A DNA stretch of 32,000 nucleotides from Desulfotalea psychrophila LSv54 (GCF_000025945.1 NC_006138.1:1950001-1982000); one strand, 5' to 3'. Shown: positions 15,428 through 24,365, counted from the stretch's first letter. A program made the numbers and translations. The notes: generated from the sequence alone by a model not told the origin.

Positions 15428-15665
15428 ATGTTGTTGAATTATCCTGTCTTGATAATAGCATGGGTTATTATCTTGCAACAATGGCGTGCTAATTATTTTT
15501 ACAATGGTGGGGTGGATGGGGCTACCGTATTGGTGATGTGGTAAACGATCGGGGTTTGAAATTGGTGATGTCTTTACGTGTTTGTGAATTGGGCATGTGG
15601 GATAGATTAAGGAGCCAAGCCCAAAGGCTGACTCCTTAAAATATCTACTTTCTCCTGAAAGAGAG

Positions 15666-15692
15666 GAGACGCGATAAATCGACGTCTCTACG
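15666..15692 (-). repeat. REP-like palindromic element, copy 3 (inverted)
   Basis: gagacgcgataaatcgacgtctctacg is the exact reverse complement of copy 1. It contains the TAG stop (15690..15688) of the FG-GAP gene. Confidence 0.75.
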
Positions 15693-17493
15693 GTTTTTCG
15701 GTCTGCTCTTTATAGCTGAACTCATAAACAATAGCCTGCGATTCATCGCTGCTGCCAAAACCGAGAAAGGTGCTATCGATGTTTTTAGCAATAGAGAGAT
15801 GTACCACCTCTTTGTCCTGGCCCATTTCGTCTTTAACGGTGGCAATACGGTAGCTATAGTCTGGGATATAGCCGCTAATGGCCTTGGTTCGCCATACATC
15901 TCGTAAGGCTCCATCCGTATAGCTCAGGCAGGCAACGGTGCCTCCCTCATAGCTACGCATATTGGGGAAGAAGTCGAAGATGGCATTGACCATCCCCTTT
16001 GCCTCTTCATTGTCGGTCTTGCCCTCTTTTTTTGCCTTTCTCTTCTTCTCTTTTTCCCGGCCCGAGCTGACAAATTCTTCACGACGGTTAGAGCCGACAA
16101 TGATTTCGCTTCTGCCATCGCCATCTATATCGGTGGTGATAATTCTGGTGGGGATGTAGTTCCAGTTGCCAAAGTTATCAAGGTCTTCATTTTGGCCGAT
16201 CAGGGGTTGGTCGGTGAGTTTGCCCAGACCAATACCGAAGAAGTTGGTACTGCCACCATAGTTGTCCAGACTGACATGGAGGAGCTGGTTGTCTCCGTCA
16301 TAGATAAGCAGTCTCTCCCGTCTATCGAGCACCAGCAACTCTGCCTTGCCATTAGCTGTCAGGTCTGCCCAGGCAAAAGAGAAGAGGGTGGTGCCCTTAG
16401 GTAGAGAGATCTCTTCTCCTTTCTGGAAGGAGCTAAAGTCTTTTGCCACATCCAGTTGGTAGACGCCGGGCAGAAGGTAACTGTCGGCCCGTTTTGTTGA
16501 TCCCCTCTGGCCAAGGAGGAGGAGGCCACTACCTGGCTTTTCAATGGGCTGTAGATACCAGCCGTCTATTGTCATCAGGGGTTGAACAGTGCCTGCTGTG
16601 ATGGAGAGGATTTCAGAACGGGCCTTGGCGCCGAAGTTGCTGCTGATATAGAGCTCATCCCGACCGTCACCATCATAGTCAGCCGCAGATATGGCATTTA
16701 TTTTACTTCTGGTTGAAAGCGTATACTCACCTAGCTGAGTGAAGCGTTGTGCCTTTTGGGTATAAAAGAGAAGTTTTTGCCGGGAGGCGTAGACCATATC
16801 GTCCTGACCATCGCCATTAAAATCGCCCACGGCCATACCCACCATCTCCATGGGCAGTTTCGGGGTACGACGAATATTTTTTATAGCGACAGTGGTGCTC
16901 AGCTGGTTGCTACCGTAGAGGGAACCGCCACTTAAGAGACCCTTTTTATATTCACGTTCCGGATGGCTTGTCGCAAAGCCCGCCATGCCCATGGCTGCTG
17001 ACACATCCCGTTTTGCCTGTTCCTGATAGCCAAAGACATCCGTCCCAATTTTTGTGGCCATCAGATCAACGGCGGAAAAGATATCCTTCTCTTCTGCGGC
17101 CTTCTCAGAAAAATTTTGTTTGCTACCTGTCCCATTTATGGGCACAACCTTTACCTGTAGGGAGATGCCATTTTCCAACGCATAAACTGAGCCACGAACC
17201 ACATAATCAATATCGAGGTTCTGCCCTGTGACACTCTTGCCGGCGACGGTGAGGGCTTTGATCTCCTGTTGCTTTAGATTGTAGTCAACGGCGATTATAC
17301 GATCTTTACTTGCCAGTTGACTGGCTAGCATAGAACCTATGCCATTGACCAGGGGGCTATATTTGCCCGCATTAGTGCCATCTAAGGGGAGAAAAAGTAC
17401 TTTAGAAACAGCGACCTCTTCTTCAGCCCAGAGTGGCAGGGAAGAAAACAGCACGGCAAGGGCTACAAAGAGAGGTAGGAATAGACGAGGCAT
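15688..17493 (-). CDS. secreted FG-GAP/VCBS-repeat (beta-propeller) protein
   Basis: 601 aa with AAGGAG 7 nt upstream. Signal peptide MPRLFLPLFVALAVLFSSLPLWA. Repeated Ca-binding-type loops: GDFNGDGQDDMV, ADYDGDGRDELY, ADLTANGKAELLV, TDIDGDGRSEIIVG. Confidence 0.8.
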   Translation of the reverse strand: MPRLFLPLFVALAVLFSSLPLWAEEEVAVSKVLFLPLDGTNAGKYSPLVNGIGSMLASQLASKDRIIAVDYNLKQQEIKALTVAGKSVTGQNLDIDYVVRGSVYALENGISLQVKVVPINGTGSKQNFSEKAAEEKDIFSAVDLMATKIGTDVFGYQEQAKRDVSAAMGMAGFATSHPEREYKKGLLSGGSLYGSNQLSTTVAIKNIRRTPKLPMEMVGMAVGDFNGDGQDDMVYASRQKLLFYTQKAQRFTQLGEYTLSTRSKINAISAADYDGDGRDELYISSNFGAKARSEILSITAGTVQPLMTIDGWYLQPIEKPGSGLLLLGQRGSTKRADSYLLPGVYQLDVAKDFSSFQKGEEISLPKGTTLFSFAWADLTANGKAELLVLDRRERLLIYDGDNQLLHVSLDNYGGSTNFFGIGLGKLTDQPLIGQNEDLDNFGNWNYIPTRIITTDIDGDGRSEIIVGSNRREEFVSSGREKEKKRKAKKEGKTDNEEAKGMVNAIFDFFPNMRSYEGGTVACLSYTDGALRDVWRTKAISGYIPDYSYRIATVKDEMGQDKEVVHLSIAKNIDSTFLGFGSSDESQAIVYEFSYKEQTEKP

Positions 17494-17830
17494 GGTGGCT
17501 CCTTAACTTAAGAATAAGACTATACATAATAACGTGCACATTTATATCGTATATTCCTCTCCCTTACAATCTATTAGTGATATTGCGGGTCGAGACCTGT
17601 TTTTTAGGCGATACATCTGTCTCTCCTCTCTCTTCCACTTCGTCTAGCGTCCCATATGCTCAGTCTTTTTAGCAGAGAAAAAAATGGTAAAGATGTAAAG
17701 TTCAAGCTAAGCCTTGAATTTCCTTTCGCAATAGGGTTTTCTGGTTTTGTCTGTACGCAATTTAATGAGTTTTTTTACAGCCTCCACGCAAAAGAAATTT
17801 TCACCGAAACTCAGGGACAAGAGAGCAGCT

Positions 17831-19036
17831 ATGAATCAAACGGATACCTACAATATCCTGATGTACTCCCACGACACCTATGGGTTGGGGCATATCAGGC
17901 GCACCATGGCCATCGCCAACCATCTACGGGATGTGAATACCAATGTCTTGATTATGACAGGATCACCTATTGCCGGCAGATTCACCTTTCCGGAGCAGGT
18001 TGATTTTGTCCGTATTCCAGGAATGATAAAGAAGACTAACGATGAGTATCGTTCTCTCTCTATTCGGATTGGCCAGGAGCAGGCTCTGGCTATTCGCACC
18101 AGTATTATTAAAGCTACTGCTGAAACCTTTAAACCGGATCTCTTTATTGTTGATAAGGAGCCTTTGGGGCTGAAAGGTGAGGTCCTGCCAACCCTGGAGT
18201 GGTTTAAGGAGCATAGTCCGAACACCAATGTGGTCCTTGGTTTGCGAGATATTCTTGATGAGGCCGAGGTGGTAAAAAAAGATTGGCATAAAAAAGAGAT
18301 ATACGGCCGGATAGAATCTCTCTATGACGAGATATGGGTATACGGCGATCGGGATATTTATAATCCCATCGTTGAGTACGATCTGCCGGAAGTTCTTGAT
18401 GAACGGACCCTTTTCACTGGCTATATTCCCAGAAAGGCCATCAACGGTAGCACCCGGGAAGAGATACGCAGGAGTTATAGAATACTCGACGAAGACAAGC
18501 TGATCCTGGTAACAGCAGGTGGTGGTGGTGACGGTTCGGAGATGCTGGAACACTATGTGGCCATGCATGAATATTTTCCCACCTCACTGCCCTTTAAGAC
18601 CATTATGATTACCGGTCCTTTCATGCCCCGTGAGGCCCGGGAGAGTCTGCGAAAGCGGGCAAAACTGTATGGAATAAAAACCATCCCCTTTCATTCACGG
18701 GTGGAGGATATGGTAAAAGCAGCAGATCTGGTCATCTCCATGGGTGGTTATAATACCATCTGTGAGATACTCACCCAGCAGACGCCTGCCCTGATTATTC
18801 CGCGTGAGACACCGCGTAAGGAGCAGTTGATTCGGGCCCAGCATCTGCAACGACGTGGCCTGCTCGATTTTATCCCCTGGTCAGAGGTGAATCCGCAGCT
18901 ATTGAGAGAGAAAATAATCTCTCTCTTGGCCGATAGTGCCGGGTATAAGGAGACTATCTCATCCTTTGCCCTCACCGGTCTTGATACCATGCGTAATCGT
19001 CTTCAGGAGTTGAAACAGTTAAGGAGCAAGATATGA
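17831..19036 (+). CDS. glycosyltransferase, COG4671 / GT28-C-terminal (MurG-like) type
   Basis: Start set at ATG 17831 (MNQTDTYNILMYSHDTYGLGHIRR...). The C-terminal AADLVISMGGYNTICEIL is typical of the MurG-like C domain. The track ORF begins at an upstream TTG (17747). Confidence 0.75.
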   Translation: MNQTDTYNILMYSHDTYGLGHIRRTMAIANHLRDVNTNVLIMTGSPIAGRFTFPEQVDFVRIPGMIKKTNDEYRSLSIRIGQEQALAIRTSIIKATAETFKPDLFIVDKEPLGLKGEVLPTLEWFKEHSPNTNVVLGLRDILDEAEVVKKDWHKKEIYGRIESLYDEIWVYGDRDIYNPIVEYDLPEVLDERTLFTGYIPRKAINGSTREEIRRSYRILDEDKLILVTAGGGGDGSEMLEHYVAMHEYFPTSLPFKTIMITGPFMPREARESLRKRAKLYGIKTIPFHSRVEDMVKAADLVISMGGYNTICEILTQQTPALIIPRETPRKEQLIRAQHLQRRGLLDFIPWSEVNPQLLREKIISLLADSAGYKETISSFALTGLDTMRNRLQELKQLRSKI

Positions 19037-20289
19037 GCAATACACCAGTTCTCGGTTATGTTCTCAAGGGCTATCCTCGCCTGTCCGAGACATTCATTTC
19101 CAATGAAATCCTTCTTCTCGAAGAGATGGGAACGAAGATGCATCTCTTTTCCATGCGCCACCCACGGGAAAAGATCTGCCATCCATCGGTGCAGCAAATA
19201 GTGGCCGGGGTTACCTACCTGCCCACGGAACTGCTGGATGATTTTCCCCGTCTGCTTGCGGCCAATATGTCTCTTGCCGGGCGTGAGCCTGCCAGGTACA
19301 GGAAGGCCCTCCTCTATGCGGCAGGGCTTTTTAAAGAGAAGGGGAAGGTTGCCACCATTAAGCACTTCCTGCAGGCTGGGTTTTTGGTCAATACCATGGA
19401 GGAAAAGGGCTTGAATGTGCAGCAACTTCACGGTCATTTTGCCCATTCGCCTACCTCGGTTACCCTCTTTGCCTCCATGCTGGCAGACATTCCATTTAGC
19501 TTTACCGCCCATGCCAAGGATATCTATACCTCCAGTGTCGCCACTCTTCGGGAGAAGATGGAACGAGCCTCCTTTGTGGCCACCTGTACAAAGTATAATG
19601 ATGTCTATCTTGCCGATCTGCGCAGAGAGATAGATTGTCCCATCCATACCATCTATCACGGTATCAATATCTCCCTCTTTCATAATGATAACTCTGGGCA
19701 TCCACCTCAGCCACCCTATAGGATTCTTACCGTGGCCAGGCTTACAGAGAAAAAGGGTCTGCCAACTCTGTTCCAAGCCCTGAAGATACTGAAGGAGAGG
19801 GGGATTGAATTTCAGCATCAGCTCATTGGCGACGGCGATGACCGGCAGACTGTTCTGGCATATATTAAGGAGCTGGGACTTGAGGAGCAGTGCCATTGGT
19901 TGGGAGCCTGCACCCATACGGAGGTCTTGGAGGAATTTTCTCGCAGCCATCTCTTTGCCCTCAGCTGTAAGATCGCCGAAAATGGCGACCGGGATGGAGT
20001 ACCCAATGTTCTGGTGGAAAGCCTTGCCATGGGCGTTCCCGCCATCTCAACCACGGTTTCCGCGATCCCGGAACTGCTTCACCATGAGGAGACAGGCTAT
20101 CTGGTTGAACCGGATCAGCCAGAGGAGTTGGCCGACGGTATAGAGAGGATGCTCACCGACCTGCCTCTGCGTAAAAATATAATCGAGCAGGGTCGTCTCT
20201 TTGTTGAACAGTACTTCGATAATAGGGTGCAGACCAAAAAACTGCAGGAGGTCTTTCTCCAGGATAATCCCGCCCTGCAGAGGGGATAG
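19033..20289 (+). CDS. GT4-family glycosyltransferase (WcaL-like)
   Basis: 418 aa. N-terminal YPRLSETFISNEI and C-terminal GVPNVLVESLAMGVPAISTTVSAIPELL (E-x7-E region). ATGA start/stop overlap with the upstream gene (19033-19036). Confidence 0.85.
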   Translation: MSNTPVLGYVLKGYPRLSETFISNEILLLEEMGTKMHLFSMRHPREKICHPSVQQIVAGVTYLPTELLDDFPRLLAANMSLAGREPARYRKALLYAAGLFKEKGKVATIKHFLQAGFLVNTMEEKGLNVQQLHGHFAHSPTSVTLFASMLADIPFSFTAHAKDIYTSSVATLREKMERASFVATCTKYNDVYLADLRREIDCPIHTIYHGINISLFHNDNSGHPPQPPYRILTVARLTEKKGLPTLFQALKILKERGIEFQHQLIGDGDDRQTVLAYIKELGLEEQCHWLGACTHTEVLEEFSRSHLFALSCKIAENGDRDGVPNVLVESLAMGVPAISTTVSAIPELLHHEETGYLVEPDQPEELADGIERMLTDLPLRKNIIEQGRLFVEQYFDNRVQTKKLQEVFLQDNPALQRG

Positions 20290-20296
20290 CTCTCCT

Positions 20297-20914
20297 ATGC
20301 AAAGTGCAGATTTTTTTCTCCTTCGCCATGGAGAGACGGAGTGGAATCGGGAGAAGAGGATCCAGGGTTGCCAGGATTCACCGCTTACCGCTACCGGTAG
20401 CCAGACGTCAGCCCTTTGGGGGCCCTTGCTGCAGCGCTATTCATTCGATCATCTCTTTTCTAGCCCTCAGGGTAGGGCCCAGGCAACGGCTGCGATTATT
20501 AATCGCTCTCTTGGTCTTGAAACTATTGTTCATAGGGCTCTACGAGAACAGGATTGGGGCCTCTGGGAGGGCCTCACCCGTGCCGAGGTGGAGGTACATT
20601 TTCCCGGCGAGCTGCAAAGGCAGATGGATCGAGGCTGGGATTTTCAGGCGCCAGCGGGCGAATCCCGGCGTCAGGTACAGCTCAGGGCAGAACAGGCCAT
20701 TCGCCATATCTCTCACCAACACCCCGGTGGCACCTTTCTCCTTATCTGTCATCAGGGCCTTATTAAATCTTTACTCTATGCCATCCTCGGTCGGGATTTT
20801 CTGCCCACGGAAGAACAGGTGCTTGAAAAAAATTCCCTGCAAAAAATATCCCTTCGGCCCGGTGGATCTCTGCAGATAGAGGCCCTCAATATCAGGCCTC
20901 CATCCCTCCCTTAA
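20297..20914 (+). CDS. histidine phosphatase (phosphoglycerate mutase-like) family protein
   Basis: Start set at ATG 20297. FFLLRHGETEWN (RHG motif), and a second catalytic His in LLICHQG. Confidence 0.85.
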   Translation: MQSADFFLLRHGETEWNREKRIQGCQDSPLTATGSQTSALWGPLLQRYSFDHLFSSPQGRAQATAAIINRSLGLETIVHRALREQDWGLWEGLTRAEVEVHFPGELQRQMDRGWDFQAPAGESRRQVQLRAEQAIRHISHQHPGGTFLLICHQGLIKSLLYAILGRDFLPTEEQVLEKNSLQKISLRPGGSLQIEALNIRPPSLP

Positions 20915-20926
20915 GGTAAGAATAAT

Positions 20927-22087
20927 ATGAAAATTGCATTTTACTGTCAGCATATACTGGGCATAGGCCACTTTCAGCGCAGTCTTCTTCTCTGTCGCGC
21001 CCTCCTCGCCCGAGGACATCGTCTGACCCTGATACTCGGCGGTCCTGAGATAGAGGTGACTGATTCTCGTATTGAGGTGCTACAACTGCCCGGACTGCGG
21101 ATGGATGCAGAGTTTGGCGGTTTGCTTCCTTGTGATGAGGGAGCAGGCCTTGCCGATATCAAGGAGCAGCGACAAAAAATGCTCTATCAATTTTTCCAAG
21201 AGGAAGAGCCGGATATCTTTATTACCGAACTCTATCCCATGGGCAGAAAGGCCTTTCGCTTTGAACTCGACCCTGTCCTGCAGGGGATCGACCAGGGCAG
21301 CCTTGCTCCCTGTTTCTGTTGTTCCAGTGTGCGGGATATTCTGGTGGAAAAGAGTTCGGGCAGGGAAAAATTTGAGGAGCGAGCCGTTAAGACATTGAAC
21401 AGGTACTTTGATGGTCTTCTCATTCATGCCGATGCAAATATTATCTCTTTAGACGAGACCTTTGCCCGTACTGCGGAGGTTGTAATACCTAAATACTATA
21501 CGGGGTTTATTGCCCCGGAGATGGCGGCAAGAGGGGGAGGGGTAGCTCAAAAAGAGGATGACCTCCCCTTGGTTATTGCCTCCATCGGTGGTGGCAGTGT
21601 TGGCGGTGAACTCCTTGAGGCAGTGGCCAGTGCCAGTCAGGAGGGTACGTTTCGTCTGAAGATATTTTGTGGACGCTATAGCTCGGCTGAGCTGAAATTA
21701 CGTCTGGAGCAGTACCGATCGCCACTCATTGAAATTGTGACTTTCAGTCATGATTTCCAGAGGGAGATGGAGGCGGCGGATCTTTCTATCTCCATGGCAG
21801 GCTATAACACCTGTATGAACATTCTTCGGGCCGGAACGCCTGCTCTTCTCTATCCCTTCCAGCAGAACAGGGAACAGGGGTTACGGGTGAAAAAGCTTGG
21901 CATCTACCGGGAAATACAGATCCTGTCCGAGGCTGATCTGCCGGCGACGAGGCTCAGGGAACGGATTGAAGAGATGCTGGGCTATGAAAAATTTATGAGT
22001 AAGGTCGAGCTGGATGGAGCGATGAACAGTGCCCTGCAGGTAGAGGCATGGTTTGAAAAATTTACAGCAGAGGATCATAATGCCTAA
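20927..22087 (+). CDS. glycosyltransferase, second COG4671 / GT28-C-terminal paralogue
   Basis: MKIAFYCQHILGIGHFQRS parallels YSHDTYGLGHIRR of the 17831 gene. AADLSISMAGYNTCMNIL parallels AADLVISMGGYNTICEIL. Confidence 0.75.
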   Translation: MKIAFYCQHILGIGHFQRSLLLCRALLARGHRLTLILGGPEIEVTDSRIEVLQLPGLRMDAEFGGLLPCDEGAGLADIKEQRQKMLYQFFQEEEPDIFITELYPMGRKAFRFELDPVLQGIDQGSLAPCFCCSSVRDILVEKSSGREKFEERAVKTLNRYFDGLLIHADANIISLDETFARTAEVVIPKYYTGFIAPEMAARGGGVAQKEDDLPLVIASIGGGSVGGELLEAVASASQEGTFRLKIFCGRYSSAELKLRLEQYRSPLIEIVTFSHDFQREMEAADLSISMAGYNTCMNILRAGTPALLYPFQQNREQGLRVKKLGIYREIQILSEADLPATRLRERIEEMLGYEKFMSKVELDGAMNSALQVEAWFEKFTAEDHNA

Positions 22088-22874
22088 GGTTTCAAATATT
22101 TATCGAAAAAAATGGGATCTTGATCAGCTGGAGGAGAGATTTCGCCGAGCAGTTAACCGAGGCTGCAAACGATCCGGGCAGGTCTTTGTTTTTTTCCGTG
22201 CCGATGATATTGCTATCCCCTCCGTCGGATTTACCCGTTTGGCAGAGATTTTTAACAGGCACCAGGCACCACTCTGTCTTGCCCTTGTCCCCTCTTGGCT
22301 TAATCAGAGCCGCTTTGCTCAACTGCTTGAGATCACCGGGGAGAGTGAGAGGTGGTGTTGGCATCAGCATGGCAGACGGCATCGTAATTTTGAACCTACG
22401 GGGAAAAAACAGGAGTTTGGTCCCGAGCGTGGAGTGGCGGTTGGCCAGCAGTTAGAATTGGGTTGGCAACGTCTTGAGGCTATTCTGGGGCAGAGGCTGG
22501 AGCCTTTTTTTACTCCCCCGTGGAACCGCTGTAGTCAGCAGACTCTCGACGCTCTTGAAGAGCAGAGGTTTTCGGCCATATCGAGAAGCCGTGGCGCTCA
22601 ACCACAGAGCTCCGCTTGTCTGCCGGATCTTGCCATCAATGTCGATCTCCATACCAGAAAGGAGGAGGATCCCGAAGCTTCACTGTCTAAACTCCTCGAA
22701 GAGCTGGAGGAGAGCCTTGCCACGGGCTGTGCGGGGATTATGATTCACCATAGGTGTATGAACGGCTCTGCCTTTGCCATACTTGATCTTCTTCTCGCTA
22801 TTTTACAGGAAGAGAGGGGGCTTAAAATGGGTACCTTTCGCGAGTTGGTCGAGCAGGAAAATAAGATATCTTAG
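22080..22874 (+). CDS. NodB/CE4-like polysaccharide deacetylase family protein (tentative)
   Basis: Start set at ATG 22080, an 8-nt overlap with the upstream stop. FFRADDI resembles NodB motif 1 (TFDDG) and HQHGRRH resembles motif 2 (HxxxH). Similarity is weak, so the product call is tentative. The ORF itself is well supported by its coupling to the upstream gene. Confidence 0.45.
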   Translation: MPKVSNIYRKKWDLDQLEERFRRAVNRGCKRSGQVFVFFRADDIAIPSVGFTRLAEIFNRHQAPLCLALVPSWLNQSRFAQLLEITGESERWCWHQHGRRHRNFEPTGKKQEFGPERGVAVGQQLELGWQRLEAILGQRLEPFFTPPWNRCSQQTLDALEEQRFSAISRSRGAQPQSSACLPDLAINVDLHTRKEEDPEASLSKLLEELEESLATGCAGIMIHHRCMNGSAFAILDLLLAILQEERGLKMGTFRELVEQENKIS

Positions 22875-22891
22875 GGAGATGTTTTTAAAAA

Positions 22892-22920
22892 TTGACCTGG
22901 GCAGGAAATTTTCCTAAAAT
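22892..22920 (+). promoter_or_regulatory. candidate sigma70 promoter of the ABC/FtsX cluster
   Basis: TTGACC (22892-22897), an exact 17-nt spacer, then TAAAAT (22915-22920), about 40 nt upstream of ATG 22963 in the only sizeable intergenic gap (88 bp) of the 17.8-32 kb block. Confidence 0.45.
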
Positions 22921-22962
22921 TGAAACTGACAATAATTTTAAAGATCTTCTTCCAGGGCCATT

Positions 22963-23598
22963 ATGAGACGTCTTGTTGTTCTTCCCTTTTCAAAATCGGT
23001 ACAGATGGCATGTCAATCCCTACGTGCCCGGGCCCTGCGCTCGGCCATCACCACCATGAGTCTGGTCTTGGCGGTTGCCTTTTTAAGCTATAGTCAGGTC
23101 GGTAATATTATTATTCAACAGCTGGCAGGCTCAGGGGATAGCGAGATAGTTGGCGAGTTGCAGGCACTGGGCTATACGGGAGATGTGGCGGCTGCTGCTA
23201 AACAGCGCTGGATAGTCTTTCTCTCCCTTTTGGTATGTGTTGTCGGCATCATTAATGCCCAGATCATGTCTGTTACCGAACGCTTTCGGGAGATTGGCAC
23301 CCTTAAATGTCTGGGCGCTCTGGATAGTTTTGTTGTCCGTGTTTTTGTCTTGGAGGCAGGTATTCAGGGGCTGGTGGGATCCATTTTCGGTGCCATTGTC
23401 GGTCTCTTGGTGGCAACAGGTACTGCACTTTTTCGTTTTGGCTCGCCGGTTCAGGCAGCATTTTTTTCTATAGAAGTTTTGATTTCATTTATTATAACCT
23501 TGGCCATTGGCACCGGATTGAGTCTCATTGGAGCGCTCTATCCTGCTATTATCGCTGCTCGCATGCAACCCGTTGAGGCCATGCGTCGGGAGCAATAA
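22963..23598 (+). CDS. minimal FtsX-family ABC permease (4 TM, almost no periplasmic domain)
   Basis: 211 aa. LRARALRSAITTMSLVLAVAFLS (TM1), only about 35 residues to TM2, then the FtsX core IMSVTERFREIGTLKCLGALDSFVVRVFVLEAGIQGLVGSIFG and a C-terminal ...YPAIIAARMQPVEAMR. Confidence 0.8.
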   Translation: MRRLVVLPFSKSVQMACQSLRARALRSAITTMSLVLAVAFLSYSQVGNIIIQQLAGSGDSEIVGELQALGYTGDVAAAAKQRWIVFLSLLVCVVGIINAQIMSVTERFREIGTLKCLGALDSFVVRVFVLEAGIQGLVGSIFGAIVGLLVATGTALFRFGSPVQAAFFSIEVLISFIITLAIGTGLSLIGALYPAIIAARMQPVEAMRREQ

Positions 23599-23615
23599 CT
23601 TTTTAGGGATAAAAG

Positions 23616-24365
23616 ATGAGGCATAAGCATAAAAAAAACATTGTTCGGGTGAGTGCTGTAACCAAGGATTTCGATCTTGGTAAGATGGTGGTCCATGTCC
23701 TCAAGGGAATTGATCTTGAAATAGAGGAGGGGAAGTATATCTCTATCATGGGACCATCAGGCTCTGGAAAATCTACCCTTTTTAATATGATAGGTGGCCT
23801 TGATAAACCAACCTCGGGCAAGGTCTATATCGATGAGGTAGATATCGCTCAGCTCGATGCCTATGAACTAGCCTGGCTGAGGTGTAGGAAAATTGGTTAT
23901 ATCTTTCAGACATTTAACCTTATTCCGGTAATGACTGCCCTGGAGAACGTTACCATTCCCATGACCTTTGCCGGCATGTCCGATGACGATGCCCTCAAGA
24001 GGGGGATGAAACTGCTGGCTCAGGTGGGACTGGAGGGACGGCATGAGCATAAACCATCAGAACTCTCTGGCGGTCAACAACAGCGGGTGGCCATTGCCCG
24101 AGCCCTGGCTAATCAGCCATCCATTATTCTGGCCGATGAACCGACGGGTAACCTTGATTTGAGCACAGGCGAAGATGTTATAGCCCTGCTTAAAGATCTC
24201 AGTGCCAGGTTGGGTGTTACCGTTATCTCTGCCACCCACGACTATAAGATGCTTAATGTTTCCGATCAGGTGATATGGATACGGGATGGAAAGGTCGATA
24301 AAATTCAAGGCCGTGAAGAACTCGATATCCGTACTGGTGGTCTTGGAGAGATCCATGAGGCATAG
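23616..24365 (+). CDS. ABC transporter ATP-binding protein, LolD/MacB type
   Basis: Walker A GPSGSGKST, Q-loop, signature LSGGQQQRVAIARAL, Walker B IILADEPTGNLD, H-loop SATHD. Confidence 0.95.
   Translation: MRHKHKKNIVRVSAVTKDFDLGKMVVHVLKGIDLEIEEGKYISIMGPSGSGKSTLFNMIGGLDKPTSGKVYIDEVDIAQLDAYELAWLRCRKIGYIFQTFNLIPVMTALENVTIPMTFAGMSDDDALKRGMKLLAQVGLEGRHEHKPSELSGGQQQRVAIARALANQPSIILADEPTGNLDLSTGEDVIALLKDLSARLGVTVISATHDYKMLNVSDQVIWIRDGKVDKIQGREELDIRTGGLGEIHEA

Larger units (their letters stand above)
14770..15692. mobile_element. REP / RAYT locus (REP copies flanking a decayed REP-associated tyrosine transposase gene)
   Basis: Three 27-nt REP copies are present (two direct, one inverted). REP1 and REP2 bracket an IS200/Y1-type transposase gene that is frameshifted, and REP3 lies about 240 bp beyond REP2. 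Confidence 0.55.

Noticed and set aside
15607-15639. Hairpin ttaaggag...ctccttaa as the terminator of the FG-GAP gene
   Set aside because: The 8-bp outer stem plus 4-bp inner stem is real, but no U-run follows on the minus strand. A canonical intrinsic terminator is therefore not supported. It may still be a processing or stability hairpin.
19003-19950. 315-aa minus-strand ORF
   Set aside because: It is antisense to the GT4 glycosyltransferase gene and has no motifs. It is a shadow ORF.
20304-20879. 191-aa + strand ORF in an alternative frame of the histidine phosphatase gene
   Set aside because: The translation is Arg/Gly-rich and motif-less, whereas the overlapping frame carries clear RHG and His phosphatase motifs.
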